A stretch of 64,000 nucleotides of DNA from Felis catus. Taxonomy: Eukaryota. This document shows positions 39,473-52,882 of the stretch, piece after piece. The notes below the pieces were generated by a model. That model was not told where the DNA came from. It was given only the letters and a program-made list of their open reading frames with translations, and did not search any database. The stretch is from the NCBI RefSeq assembly GCF_018350175.1, contig NC_058368.1, positions 139,750,001 through 139,814,000 of the forward strand, in the 5' to 3' direction. The translations under genes were made by a program, and so were the position numbers. The stretch's first letter is position 1. Each line of letters starts with the position of its first letter.

Positions 39473-40134
39473 TGACTACTCTAAGGGTGGCTTGGATTTA
39501 TACAGTGCAATTTAAATAATAATAACAATTGAAATGATTGTGGCGGATGAGGTGTGGGCTAGCTCCTTCGGTGGTAATTCCAGAATGTTTAAGCTAAAGG
39601 TGGAATCAAGCCGTGGGATAGGTTCTGAGTCTTTTAATATATCTTATCAGAGGGGAAATACACATAGTCTTTGTGTGCATCTGTGCAAAATCTGTGGGTG
39701 GGCAGTAAAGCCAGTTGTCAGGGTTATGGGCCTGGACTTGGTCCTGGATTGTAGCCTGTGTATCACTGGCCTCATACATTCTGGAAAGGCAGAACATCTT
39801 TTGCTACACAGTTCATCATTGGTTTTTCTCCAGAGATTCCCTTTGTTGTTCAGTCCTGCAAATTTAAAATCTAAGGGAGAGCATGGCTTTGTATTTTATT
39901 GCTTTAGAAGTACAGTGCATTTGCATGTTGGGCGCTGGAGCCTTTTCTAAAACCTGGCTCTTAATTGTTCTTCAAGTACTTGGGTTTAGGAGAGAAGTCC
40001 ACTGCCAGAAATACTGGATTTCCTACTGCTTGGTTTTGTAGAGATTTCCTGACAGCTTTTCAAGGCAAGGTTTATCAAAGTGGGGGCTGTGTTAATTACT
40101 TAGGACAGTTAGTGCAAGTGGTTCAAGGGGATAG

Positions 40135-40370
40135 CAGAGGTGGATTTAATGCTAAATGAAGCATAAGCTTTAGGGTCCCTTCTTGTACAGACCCCTTCCA
40201 AGGTACTGGGAAGGGCTCTGGCAATGTGTTCTCATGGTTATATGTTTTTTTTTTTTAATCTGAAAAAGTAAGAAACTTTAACTGCCATCAGTTCAGCTCT
40301 CTGACTGGTTTTAAAGAGGGCTCCCTGAAGAGTGTAGAGTTTAGGTTCCCCAAAACCTGGATCTGTCCCA
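40135..40370 (+). mobile_element. hAT-Tip100-like DNA transposon deletion derivative (MER115/Zaphod-like)
   Basis: Ends cagaggtggattta... and ...cctggatctgtccc form imperfect TIRs; body resembles the recalled consensus. Confidence 0.55.
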
Positions 40371-40981
40371 GGCAGTGAGATCATAAGAATTGAAGTCATG
40401 TATCATACGCAGTGGAAGGATGTTTACCAGTTGTGCATGTGTGTCTGTGAGAGGTATATGTTTGCTTGTATATGGAAATTCATATGTCTGTGTATATACT
40501 GTGTGCATGTGTGTGTCTGATGTGTTATGGTTGTATTTAGTATTTATTGTCCATAGACATCCTAGAAAGAGTAGAAAAATAGAGTTTTGCAGCGTAACAA
40601 TTTTAGGAACCAAACAAAAACAAGAACCAAACAAAAACAAAAACCAAAAAAAAAAAAAAAAAGAAAGGAATCAGGAAAGAAGGAAGGGAAGGGAGTGAAA
40701 AGAAAAGCAAGGGCCTTTGAAAGTAATATCTACATAAATTGTTGAGTAAGTAAAGCAATAGTCATTTTTCCAAGTAGCAGGGAATAGATTCTTTAATGTA
40801 CTTTCATAATAATTAAAATTTTTTTCACCTAAGACTTTATGATATTTTAAACCATATTTTTATATTAAAGTATTTAGAGAGATTTAATGCTAAATGAAGC
40901 ATCATTTAGGGCACAACCTAGAGCACCTTAACTTACAGTCAGCATAGCAAATTATCATGACCTCTTGATGAATTGTATTAC

Positions 40982-42316
40982 TTTTTTTTAAGTTTATTTA
41001 TTTATTTTGAGAGTGAGAGAGTATATACCTGCGCATGTGCACAAGCAGGGGAGACGCAGAGAGAGAATGAGTGAGAGAATCCCAAGCAGACTCCACACTA
41101 TCAGCACAGAGTCTGACGCAGGGCTCAATCTCACCAACTGTGAGATCATGACTTTAGCCAAAACCAAGAGTCGGACACTTAACCAACTGAGCCACCCAGG
41201 TGCCCTGTATTATACTTTCTAATGACATCTCTTTTAGTCCCATTTACAGCAAATTGTTGATATGGTTGTTTTTAGAGTTGCTTAAAATCTGTGACGATAG
41301 AGATGAAGAAATACATGTAAGTGGTTTTATTGAATTATCTTGGATGCTGTTTTGGCTTGACACACTAGAATACAGCTCTAGATTGCAGACAGTGTCACGA
41401 TAACTCATGTTTTGTCAAACTTAATTTATCATCAGCTTAGCTACCAAGGATATCAGATACTTAATTTTTGCAATAAATTATTTATTTGAAACAAAGGAGT
41501 AAATCCATGCGCAGGCACCTTCTTTGGATGCAAAAACAGTGCCTAGAGTATAGGAAATAAGATCTGTGTTTTAGATGCATGCTAAACATCCATTGTCTGA
41601 AACACAATCAACTCTGAAAATCCCAGGAGTGCCTTCTTGGCTTTTCTTTGAAACAAAAAATAGTTATAGCTTTCTTTTTCTGTGTCTGCATCTTTCATTG
41701 ATTGATTGATTCATTCATTCATTCTCTTCTTTCTTTTATTCTGAAGCAGTTTGTTGCAGTAAAATTTATAGATCAAAAAATTTCAGAAGAAAGAGCATAT
41801 ACAATTGAACACCTAGGAAAATTTTTCTTTTGCATTATCAATGTATTCTAACCAGAAAAAAATTACTGTTGTTAATAATTGCATATAGGGAGGGGCGCCT
41901 GGGTGGCACAGTCGGTTGAGCATCTGACTTCGGCTCAGGTCATGATCTCATGAATGTGAGTTCAAGCCCTGCATCAGGCTCTGTGCTGGCAGCTCAGAGA
42001 CTGGAGCCTGCTTCGGATTCTGTGTCTCCCTCTCTCTCTACCCCTCCCCTGCTCATGTTCTGTCTCTCTGTCAAAAATAAATAAACATTAAAAAAAATTT
42101 TTTTAATAATTGAATACAGGGAAAAATACTTTTGCTTTTTTAAAAAAAATGTTTATTATTTTTGAGAGTAGGGGAGGGACAGAGAGAGAGGGGGACAGAG
42201 GATCTGAGGCAGGCCCTGTGCTGACAGCACAGAGCCCAATGTGGGTCTCGAACTCACAGACTGTGAGATCATGACCTTAACCAGTGCTCAACCAACTGAG
42301 CCACTCAGGCCCCCCA
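40982..42316. mobile_element. Can-SINEs at about 40982-41205 (-), 41892-42105 (+) and 42135-42316 (-)
   Basis: SINE architecture. Confidence 0.88.
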
Positions 42317-42456
42317 CAAGTTTTACTTTTTTATTGAACTCCATTATACTGTTAAAATCAATGATGAGTTATGCATTGCAAATATAAACATAAGATACAA
42401 AATTATGGCTGTTTGAAAAACAGGAATCATAAAGAGGACAAATAACAATCAAATGA

Positions 42457-42780
<324 letters not shown>

Positions 42781-43929
42781 TAGGACTTAGGTTTTACTTA
42801 TTTTCCCATATTGACCTTATGGCCAGTAATATGCATTTTTAAGAATAAAATAAGTTGACCAGAGTATAATTTGGGATGTAGAAGGCAGAAGCTAACTAGC
42901 CTCAGAGACTTTAAATCTTGACTGTGCTCTATGAACTCTGGTAAGCAAAGCTTATTAAATAGGTACTATATGCTAGGCACCCGTCTTAGGACTTTGATAT
43001 TTAGTGCCTCCAACCTTATGAAAAACTGTTACTATAATACACAGTTTTCATATGAATAGTGTAAGACACAGAGAGGTTAAATATCTTGCCCAAAGAATTA
43101 ACGTCTAAGAAGGTGTAGAGGCAGGATTTGAACTTGGTTTACTTGGTTCCAGAGACCATGATGTTAGCCACAAATCAGCTTAACTATTTGTCTGCCTAGA
43201 TATCAAAATCCACCCTGAGGATTTCCACCTACTTTTCCCAACTTCACTTAATACTTTACCATGGCACGAGGAAAACCACCTGGGCTGGATATACCCAACA
43301 TCATGTTTATCATCTCCAGTTGCAGAGAAAGATGATAGCCTTGGTTATTAGAATCCAATGGATCATAGTTCTTGGTTCTTAGTTAATCAAATGCTCTGTG
43401 GTTCTTCAACTGTTGAGAAGGTTTTCATAGAGCCATTCTATTTTCTGTGTTGATTGACTCCTTGGAGGGTAGACTCAGCACTTACTTACTTTTATTCTCA
43501 CAGGGCCTGGGTTTAGTATGAGCTTGGTAAATCTTTGGAAGATGAATGAATGAAGTCACATCATCTTGTTGGTTTTGTTGGCATAGACATGGCCTAGACT
43601 TGATAATGATAAAAGTTTCTGTTTGTTTTACCAGTGAGGCACATCCTTCTCTATTTTATTAGTCTGATATTGGTGGGCAAGTTGATTGATATGTAATAGA
43701 ATCACAGTGAAGAAGTACCTCTTACTAAAAATTGGCACTGAAAGCACTCCAATTATGTGAGGGTAGTAAGTTAGATTATGGTTATGGTACTTGAGGAACG
43801 TGTTGTTAGGATCTGGAAATTGTTGATTATTTTGTAGTGTTAGTTAGCCTGCAAAAGATGATTTGGTAATAGACCTAATTGCCAAGCATCTATTCTTATT
43901 TTGACATTGAAACCTTGATACAATAAATT

Positions 43930-45990
43930 TTTATTTTAATTTTTAAATTGACTATGCAATTACTTTCTTTTTTGTGTAAAGTTCTATGAATTTTAATGCA
44001 TGTATAGATTCATGTAATCACTACCATAATCAAAATACAGAACAGTTGCCTCACCCAGAAAATTTCTCATGCTGCCTTTTTGTAGTCAAACCCTCCCTTA
44101 CGCTGGCAACCACTGATGTCTTCTCCATCTCTATAATTTTGCCTTTTTGAGAATGTCATATAAATTATATCATGTAGTATATAACATTCTGACACTGGCT
44201 TTTTTCACTCAGCAAAATCTTCGATTCATTCATGTTGTATATATCAATAGTTCCTCCTTTTTTATTCTGACTAGTATTCCAGTGTATGGACGTACCACAG
44301 TTTATTCATGCATTCACCCATTGAAGGAGTTGTTACCAGTTTTTGACTATTACAAATAAAGCTGCTATTGGTTTCATGAAGATGGCACCAAAGGCAAAGA
44401 AGGAAGCTCTTGCCCTTCCCAAAGCTGCAGCCGAAGCAAAGGCTTTGAAAACCAAAAAAAATGTGATGCGGAAAGGCATCCACAGTCACATACAAAAAAG
44501 AATTTCCACACGTCACCTACCTTCTGACGGCCCAAGACACTGCGTCTCTGAACGCCTCACAAATATCCTTGAAACACTGCCCCCAGGAGAAACAAGCTTG
44601 ACCGTTGTGCCATCATCAAGTTCCCCCTGACTGAGTCAGCCATGAAGAAAACAGAAGACAACAACACACTTGTGTTCATTGTGGATTCAAGGCCAACAAG
44701 CACCAGATCAAACAGGACGTGAAGAAAGTACGACATTGTCATGGCCGAGATCAACACGCTGATCAGGCCTGATGGAGAGAAGAGGGCATATGTTCAACTG
44801 GCTTCTAACTATGATGCTTTGGATGTTGCCAACAAAATTGGAATCATCTAAATTGAGTCCAACTGGCTGAATCTAAATATAAATGTGTTCACAAACAACA
44901 ACAACAAAACGAATAAAACTGCTATCAACATTTGTGTGCAGGTTTTATGTAGGCAAAAGTATTCATTTATCCATTATAAATCTCTGGGAGTGAGGTTACT
45001 GGGTCGTATAGTAAGCTGTATACAAGAAGCTGCCAGACTGTTTTATAGTGTCTGTACCTTTCATTCCCACCAGCAGTGTAGCAGAATTCCATTTGTTCCA
45101 CAACCTCATCAGCACTTGGCATTTTCTTTTTTTTCCACTTAATGTTAGAATTCCTTTTTTTATGTTTATTTATTTATATTTGAGAGAGAGAGAGACAGAG
45201 CATGCAGGGAAGGGGAAGAGAGAGAGGGAGAGAGAATCTCAAGCAGACTCTGCACTGTCAGCACAGAGCTCACTGCAGGCCTCCAACTAAAGAACCGTGA
45301 GATCAAGACCTGAGCCAAAATAGAGTCAGACGCTTAATCGACTGAGCACCCAAGCACCCCTTCTTAATTAGCCTTTCTAATAAATATGTATTGGCATCAC
45401 ATTGTGGTTTTAATGACTAATGATAGTGAGTATCTTTCTTGTGTTATTTACTATTTGTATATTTTCTTTGATTATGTGTCTATTCAAATATTTTGAATAT
45501 ATTTTTTTAAATTGGGTTTTTTGCTTATTGTTCAGTTTTGAGAGTTATTTATATATTCTGGATACAAGTCCTTTGTTTGATATGTGATCTACAAATATTT
45601 TCCCACATTTTTTACAGAGCGAAAGTTTTTAATTTTGATGAAGTACAGTTTACCTATAATTAAAAAACCACCAAGAATGACTTGCCTAACTTAAGGTCAT
45701 GAAGATTTTCTCATATTTTTTCTTCTAAAATTTTTATAGCTGTGTGTTTTACATTTAGATCTGTTGTCCATTTTTGGGCACCTGGCTGGTTCAGTTGGTG
45801 GAGCATTGGACTCTTGATCTTGGGTTTGTGAGTTCGAGCTCCACACTGGGTGAAGAGATGACTTAGGAATAAAATCTTTAAAAAAATAAAAATTAAAAAA
45901 CTAAAAATAAAATTGATCTATTGTCCATTTTGAGTTAATTATAAGGTATGAGGAATAGGTCAAGATTCTTGTTTTTTTCTTGCATACGGA
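43930..45990 (-). mobile_element. Old L1M 3' region hosting the RPL23A retrocopy and two SINEs
   Basis: L1M motifs continue across the inserts (aataaagctgctat|caacatttgtgtgcaggtttt). Confidence 0.75.
44369..44911 (+). pseudogene. RPL23A: Processed pseudogene of ribosomal protein L23a
   Basis: ATG 44382 [23 protein letters not shown]...; ends [16 protein letters not shown] (44849-44851); intronless, frameshifted, degenerate A-tail, TSD aataaa(g/a)ctgctat at 44355-44368 and 44912-44925. Confidence 0.95.
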
Positions 45991-47524
45991 GGACCCATTT
46001 CCTCATCATTTGACACCAGTGTCACTTCAGTTTTCAGTACTTTGGACCTTTCCTGCATATGTACCATCCAGGGCCCATTCTCAGACCTATGCAGTGGTCT
46101 GCCCCATAGTTCACCATTCCAGGCCTTTGGCATGCTGCTTAGGGTCAGGTCCATGTAAGGGTCAGGGTGCGGCCACACACACATCTTTATGGACTCACTT
46201 TCTTGAGCTTCCCCCTCTCTGGAATCATCACCCCCACTTTTCCCAGCTCCAGGGCCCCTCTCCCCCTTTTCTTGGTGTGCTGACTAGAAAGTTGAGGGTG
46301 TATGTAGTCTCTCAGCTCTGCTATGTGCTTCCCACAATTAGGTCTACCTCTGCAACTAAGGGAGGAAAACAAGCAACATGAGTCACCACCCTACCTGCTC
46401 TTCTGACCACAGTTTCTCGGTCAGTTTTAGGTGCTTTCCAATCCCTGCTACTGCTACCTCTTCTACCACAGGGTTCCAGCTTTGGGAAGGAGGCTTGTGT
46501 ACAGCAGAGCCAGAACAGAAAAAAGAAACAGTATTTCCCCTACTTTCTCTTTCTTGCAGGATCCCCCTTGTGCTCCGTAGACCAGAAAGAGGGTTTTTTT
46601 TTGGTTTTTTTTTGTTTTTTTGTTTTTTTGAGCTCTTTGTGTCTGTGCCCAGGACACATTTCTGTGACTTGCACTGCCTTGAGTTCAACCTGGAAGGTAT
46701 GGAAGGAAAACAAAAACAAAACAAATCAGAAAACTCTCATTGTTTATATTTTGAGTTTTGGTTTACTTCCCCAATCCACTTGCTATTATTTGCTTCCCAG
46801 AGTCCTCAAATAGCTGTGCCATGCACTCTTTCTGGAGATTTTGGTCACATTTGGTGAGAGAGACCAGGAGCACTATACTTACTCCATTCTACCCAGGACC
46901 ATAACCCCAAATCTTTAATGTACTATAAAAGGGGAAAGAATTGTACAATAAACATTTATGCATCCATTGCCCAGGTTGACAGCATCTTTTCCTTTAAAAA
47001 GCATGTCTGAGGATTGCCGTGTTTCTAATATATTAAATACACTGCTGGTTTCTGTCAGAGTATAAGTCACTTGTTCCTGAAATGTTGAAGAGATATTTTA
47101 CCAAGTTATTCTCTTTGAGGCTTTTCCAAATGTACATTTGGAAGCTAACATCAGCTTTTTGTAACTTGGCCTTGTGCGAGTGTGTGTGTATGTATTTCTG
47201 ATGTATCTCTGTAGTCCACCTTGAAAGTTTCACTAAGTTTAATATTTCTGTAACTAACTTAATTATTCACAGTGGCATTAGTACATAACCAATAAAATTC
47301 TTTTATAATTCAAGCAGTGCTGTGATTGGTCAAACCTGGCCGTCTCTTTATTTGGGTGATGACCCCTGAGTTTGATTTGGCAGCTGTGTCTTCTAAGCTC
47401 TAACACCTGTTTGCAAAGAGCCAAAAATCAAACCCCTTCCCCATCAGTATTTATTCATTGCCTGCTGTGGGTAAGTCTCAATGCCAACTGCTGGGAATTC
47501 AACACCATTTAAGTTCTTATTACT

Positions 47525-47660
47525 CCTAAGTGTAGTCCTGGGACGGAAACACTTGTATTTCCTGGGAGCTTGAAATGCAGAATCAGACCCACCCCTGACC
47601 TCCTGAATCAGAATCTGTGGTTTAACAAGATTCCCAGGTAATTGTTTCAGGAAGCATTGG
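47525..47660. mobile_element. MER5A-like hAT DNA transposon remnant
   Basis: cctgggagcttgaaatgcagaat..gacctcctgaatcagaatctg..tttaacaagattcccaggt. Confidence 0.75.
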
Positions 47661-47811
47661 CAAGACATACAGTCCCTGCTTTGAGGGGTGTACAGTCTTT
47701 TGACTGTTAACTAACTTGGATTTAAATAAAGCTTAAAAAATTAAAAATTAAAAATAAATAAATACATGAGGAAAAATAAAAATAAAAGTTCCATTTAAAA
47801 CCAAAAAAATA

Positions 47812-49545
47812 GGGCCATCCTGGTGGCTCAGTTGGTTAAGCATCCAACTTCGGCTCAGGTCATGATCTCACGGTTTGTGGGTTTGAGCCCTGCATCCAGC
47901 TCTGTGCTGACAGCTCAGAGCCTGCAGCCTGCTTTGGATTCTGTGTCTCCCTCTCTCTGCCCCTCCCCCACTCGTGCTCGCTCTCTCTCTCTCTCTCAAA
48001 AATAAATAGATATTAACAATTTAAAAAAAAACTAAAAATATTAAAAATTGGCTGTCTCAGGAAGGTGGAATGGAGGGTGCTGAACTAGGAAAACTAGGAC
48101 CCGCATTCTAGGCCCCAAGTTAGATAAGTAATATAGAGCAAACGTTATGAGTATGATATGTAAAATCAGAAGAAACTGACCTCCAGTTCTGGTTCTGGTA
48201 CTTTCAAGTGCTGTGATCTAGTTAATATAGATAAGGATCTAGTTCCTTATCTATAAGTTAATGTGTCTGCTTTTCTGTTTCCTTTTATCCCTGGCAAAAA
48301 ATCATCTATTACTCTCTTAAAGTGCCTTCTAAAACTAAGTCTTCTCATGGGGTGCCTGGGTGGCTCAGTCAGTTGAGCGTCCGACTTCGGCTCAGGTCAT
48401 GATCTCACAGTTTGTGAGTTCGAGCCCCGCATCAGGCTCTGTGCTGACCGCTTGCTCAGAGCCTGGAGCCTGCTTCAGATTCTGTGTCTCCTTCTCTCTC
48501 TGCCCCTTCCCTGCTCACGCTTTGTCTCACTCTGTTTCTGAAAAATAAATCAATGTAAAAAAAAAATTAAAAAAAAATAAAACTAAGTCTTCTCACACAT
48601 CTTATTTGGATCTCGTAATCAACTGTGTTTGTAACCTAGGAAACCAGTTTGCTAGATGTATACAATATGAGTAAATAAACAAGGAATGAGGGTCTGCGGG
48701 GGCACCTCCATTTGTAAAGAGCATAAGCCTTTTGGCATTTATTTTGGCTGCCCCAGAAATTACGTTAATGTAGTCTCTTCTTCTCAGGAAAGTACAGGTG
48801 TGGAGAAATGAAAAAGGAAGTCCCATATTATTGAAGTGTAACTCTAAATTAGTGGTTCTCAACTTGGTGGGGGTGCGTTGTCAATTTTGTTCCCAGGAAA
48901 TACTTGGAGATGTTTGGAGATACTTTTAATTGCCGTGGCTGAGGGGAGATATTGGCATTTAATGGGTAGAAGCCAGAGATAACTGCAAAACATCCTATAA
49001 TCTCAGACAGCCCTCCACAACAAAAAATCACCTGGCCAAAATGTCATAGTGCCGCTGTTGATAAGCCTTGTTTTAAATGTACATACTTTATAAAATTTAC
49101 ATTTCAGCTGTCACACTATGCGGTGAGTTAGTCTATTTAAATATTTGTAATTCCAGTATGAAAAAAATGCTTACCAATTTCTGCACTCTTTTTCCCAAGG
49201 AACAATGATGTACAATAACTAGTTGAGGTTCTTCAAAAAATGTGCCCTGAATACAATTCCACTCCTCAATTACCTTTCTCTACACATGAATGCTCTATAT
49301 TCATTAATACTAAATCCATTTTTTTTTAAATTTTTTTTTCAACGTTTTTTATTTATTTTTGGGACAGAGAGAGACAGAGCATGAACGGGGGAGGGTCAGA
49401 GAGAGAGGGAGACACAGAATCGGAAACAGGCTCCAGGCTCCGAGCCATCAGCCCAGAGCCTGACGCGGGGCTCGAACTCACGGACTGCGAGATCGTGACC
49501 TGGCTGAAGTCAGACTCTTAACCGACTGCGCCACCCAGGCGCCCC
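47812..49545. mobile_element. Can-SINEs at about 47812-48030 (+), 48349-48580 (+, TSD aaaactaagtcttctca) and 49319-49545 (-, young and CpG-rich)
   Basis: SINE architecture. Confidence 0.92.
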
Positions 49546-49861
49546 ATGAGAAGACTTAGTTTTAGAAGGCACTTTAAGAGAGTAATAGATGATTTTTTGC
49601 CAGGGATAAAAGGAAACAGAAAAGCAGACACATTAACTTATAGATAAGGAACTAGATCCTTATCTATATTAACTAGATCACAGCACTTGAAAGTACCAGA
49701 ACCAGAACTGGAGGTCAGTTTCTTCTGATTTTACATATCATACTCATAACGTTTGCTCTATATTACTTATCTAACTTGGGGCCTAGAATGCGGGTCCTAG
49801 TTTTCCTAGTTCAGCACCCTCCATTCCACCTTCCTGAGACAGCCAATTTTTAATATTTTTA
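48033..49861. repeat. Perfect 320-bp inverted repeat (48033-48352 / 49542-49861)
   Basis: Read block by block, the second arm is the exact reverse complement of the first; paired coordinates sum to 97894 throughout. Confidence 0.97.
48850..49072. mobile_element. MER20-like hAT DNA transposon
   Basis: agtggttctcaac..gggtagaagccagagat..aaacatccta..ccacaacaaa..gccgctgttgataagcc. Confidence 0.8.
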
Positions 49862-50479
49862 TTAAAATTATTAAAATTAAAATTTTTTTCCTAAGAGGTC
49901 ATGCTTAATTTCAAAGCAGGCAACACTCAGAGATTTCAAGCACTAATCATAAAATCCAAGAGTCAGGAGTTCAAACTGCCAACAACAGGAACTTCTGAAG
50001 CCATAAATTCCAAGTGGAGTCATCATTCCTCACAGGCAAAGAATCACTACTCACAGATGTAAATTTCCCCATAGAAAAGTTCAAAATACTATGTCTTGTG
50101 ACACGAAACTGACATGCCTAGGGCAGTTTGTGAGCATGCGTCATGGATTACACTCACAGTTGCACAGAATGCTCTGTAAAGTGTAAAAGGCCCAGAGTCA
50201 GTGACAATCTGGCCTTAGCACCAGTCTGGTCGTAAGCAAGAAGGTCAGTAACTTCCCCTGGGGAATATTTGCACAGGAAGAGCTTCCCATCGATAAGAAG
50301 CTCGGAGAGCTGATGCCTATCATTATCCCCAAAGTACCATCTCCACCTGGGATTCTTTGTTTACATCTAGATCCTCCATTCATCTAGTGTGCCTGTTCCC
50401 AAGATTCGGGGATGCCACCCACTTCGAACCTGGAGCTCTTAGCATCGGGGCCATGCATCTTATCCTTAGGTTACAATTG

Positions 50480-51250
50480 TGTTTTTTGAATTCCACATAT
50501 GAGTGAAACCATAGGCTATTTCTCTTTTTCTGACTTATTTTGCTTAGCATAATAGATTCTACTTCCATCCACTTTGTTGCACATGGCAAGATTTCATTCT
50601 TTTTGCTTGCTGTGTAATATTCCGGGTGTGTGTGTGCGTGCGCGCGCACATGTGTCTAAATATACATGCATGGTGTGTATTTATATACACATTCACACAC
50701 ACAGACACGCACAGAGACCACATCTTCCTCATACATTCATCAATTGATGGACATTTGGGCTCTTTCCATAATTTGGATATTGTTGATAGTGCTGCTATAA
50801 ACATTGGGATGTGTATGCCCTTTGAATCAGCTTTTTTGTATCCTTTGGATAAATACCTAGTAGTACAATTGTTGGGTCATAGGGTAGCTCTATTTTTAAT
50901 TTTTTGAGGAAACTTCATACTGTTTTCCAGAGTGGCTGTACCAGTTTAATTCGCACCAGCAGTGAAAAGTGTTCCTCTTTTTTCCACATCCTCGCCAACA
51001 TCTGTTGTTTCTGAGTTAATTTTAGCATTCTGAGAGTTATGAGGTGGTATCTCACTGTGGTTTTGATTTATATTTCCCTGATGATGAGGGATGTTGAGCA
51101 TCTTTTCATGTGCCTCTTAGCCATTTGGATGTCTTCTTTGGAAAAATGTCTGTTCATGCCTTTTGTCGATTTCTTACTTGATTATTTGGTTTTCAGGTGT
51201 TGAGTTTGATAAGTTCTTTATAGATTTTGGATACTAACCCTTTATCTGAC
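50480..51250 (-). mobile_element. Carnivore L1 3' region fragment without a terminal tail
   Basis: Minus-strand ORF remnant MFIAALSTISKLWKEPKCPSIDE; same family as 14815-17680. Confidence 0.88.
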
Positions 51251-52531
51251 TGAGATAGCCAATGTTAACTGTCAGCTATTTCCTTTCACACTTTTCTCCT
51301 ACGCATTGAGTATATGAGTCTAACTGCCTATAGCATCCCTAAAGTTTCCTGATAAAGTCTCTGATAGTCTGTTTAATGCACATATGCACCTATATTATTT
51401 TATACGGAGAAAATATTTCAAATAAGGTATATATATTGGGATTTTTTTTTATAACTTCAGTCTTCTCTGTTTTTTTCTTTTTTGTGTACATACTCCTTCT
51501 CCAGTGACTGCATTTAACAATGCAGAGTATGTGTGTTTATATCTGTACTTTTCCTCATACTCATAACCATATCCATCTAGGTATTGAGCATCTATCTACC
51601 TATGTACCCACCTTTTTAAAATGTTTATTTATTTATTTTTGAGAGAAAGAGGAGGGAGGGAGAGAGAGAGAGAGAGGGAGGGAGAGAGGGAGAGAGAGAA
51701 TACCAAGCAGGCTCCACACTGTCAACACAGAGCCCAACGTGGGGCTCACTCTCATGAACCTGAGATCATGACCTGAGCTAAAAATGAGAGTCAAATGCTT
51801 AACCCATTGAGCCACCCCAGTGCCCCTCCAACTCATTATTTTTTATGGCTGCCTGATGTGGTGTCACTGTTCCCTAATGTGTTCAGCATTCCTATTATTA
51901 ATGGACATTTACCTTTGCTCTCATTTTTAAGGGTTACAGTTAATATCCTTGTTTATATAACATTAGGTCCTAAAACTCATTTTCAAGAGATAGATTCCCA
52001 GTAGTAGAATTGCTTGTTGAATTTAAAATTTCGGTAGATGTTGCCGAGTTGCTGAAACAAAAGTGGTTCATTTCCACTAATACCTTAAGAGAGCACCTTT
52101 TTGGGGGTACACTTTTTCAATTGGTTTAATTGCCTTCTTCTTGTTGATTTGTAAGAGGCTTCATGTATTAGAGAAAGTAACCACTTATGTTTATTAATAT
52201 ACATTTTGAAAAATCTATTGACTTCATCAGTCTTTCCTTTTGTAACTTGTAGATCAAGACACTGTGTCTTACAGTCTAGATTTTCTTCTAATATATGTAC
52301 TTTTTGTGTGCTTTTTTACGTGTATAATATGATACAGGATTTGATTTTATTTTCTTCCCTATGGAGAACCACTTGTCCTTACACCATTTAAAATGTATTC
52401 CTCTCCCCCATAGAATTGAAATATTACATTTACTGAATATTAAATTTCCTCCCTATTTCTTCATTTTCAACATTTCAGTATTAACTTGGTCTTTGTTGAC
52501 TGAAATAATGTGTTGTGGCTCATCCAAGTGA

Positions 52532-52882
<351 letters not shown>

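Noticed and set aside
45980..46857. 133- and 159-aa plus-strand ORFs
   Set aside because: Low-complexity, poly-T-containing, likely old repeat-derived; no recognisable protein
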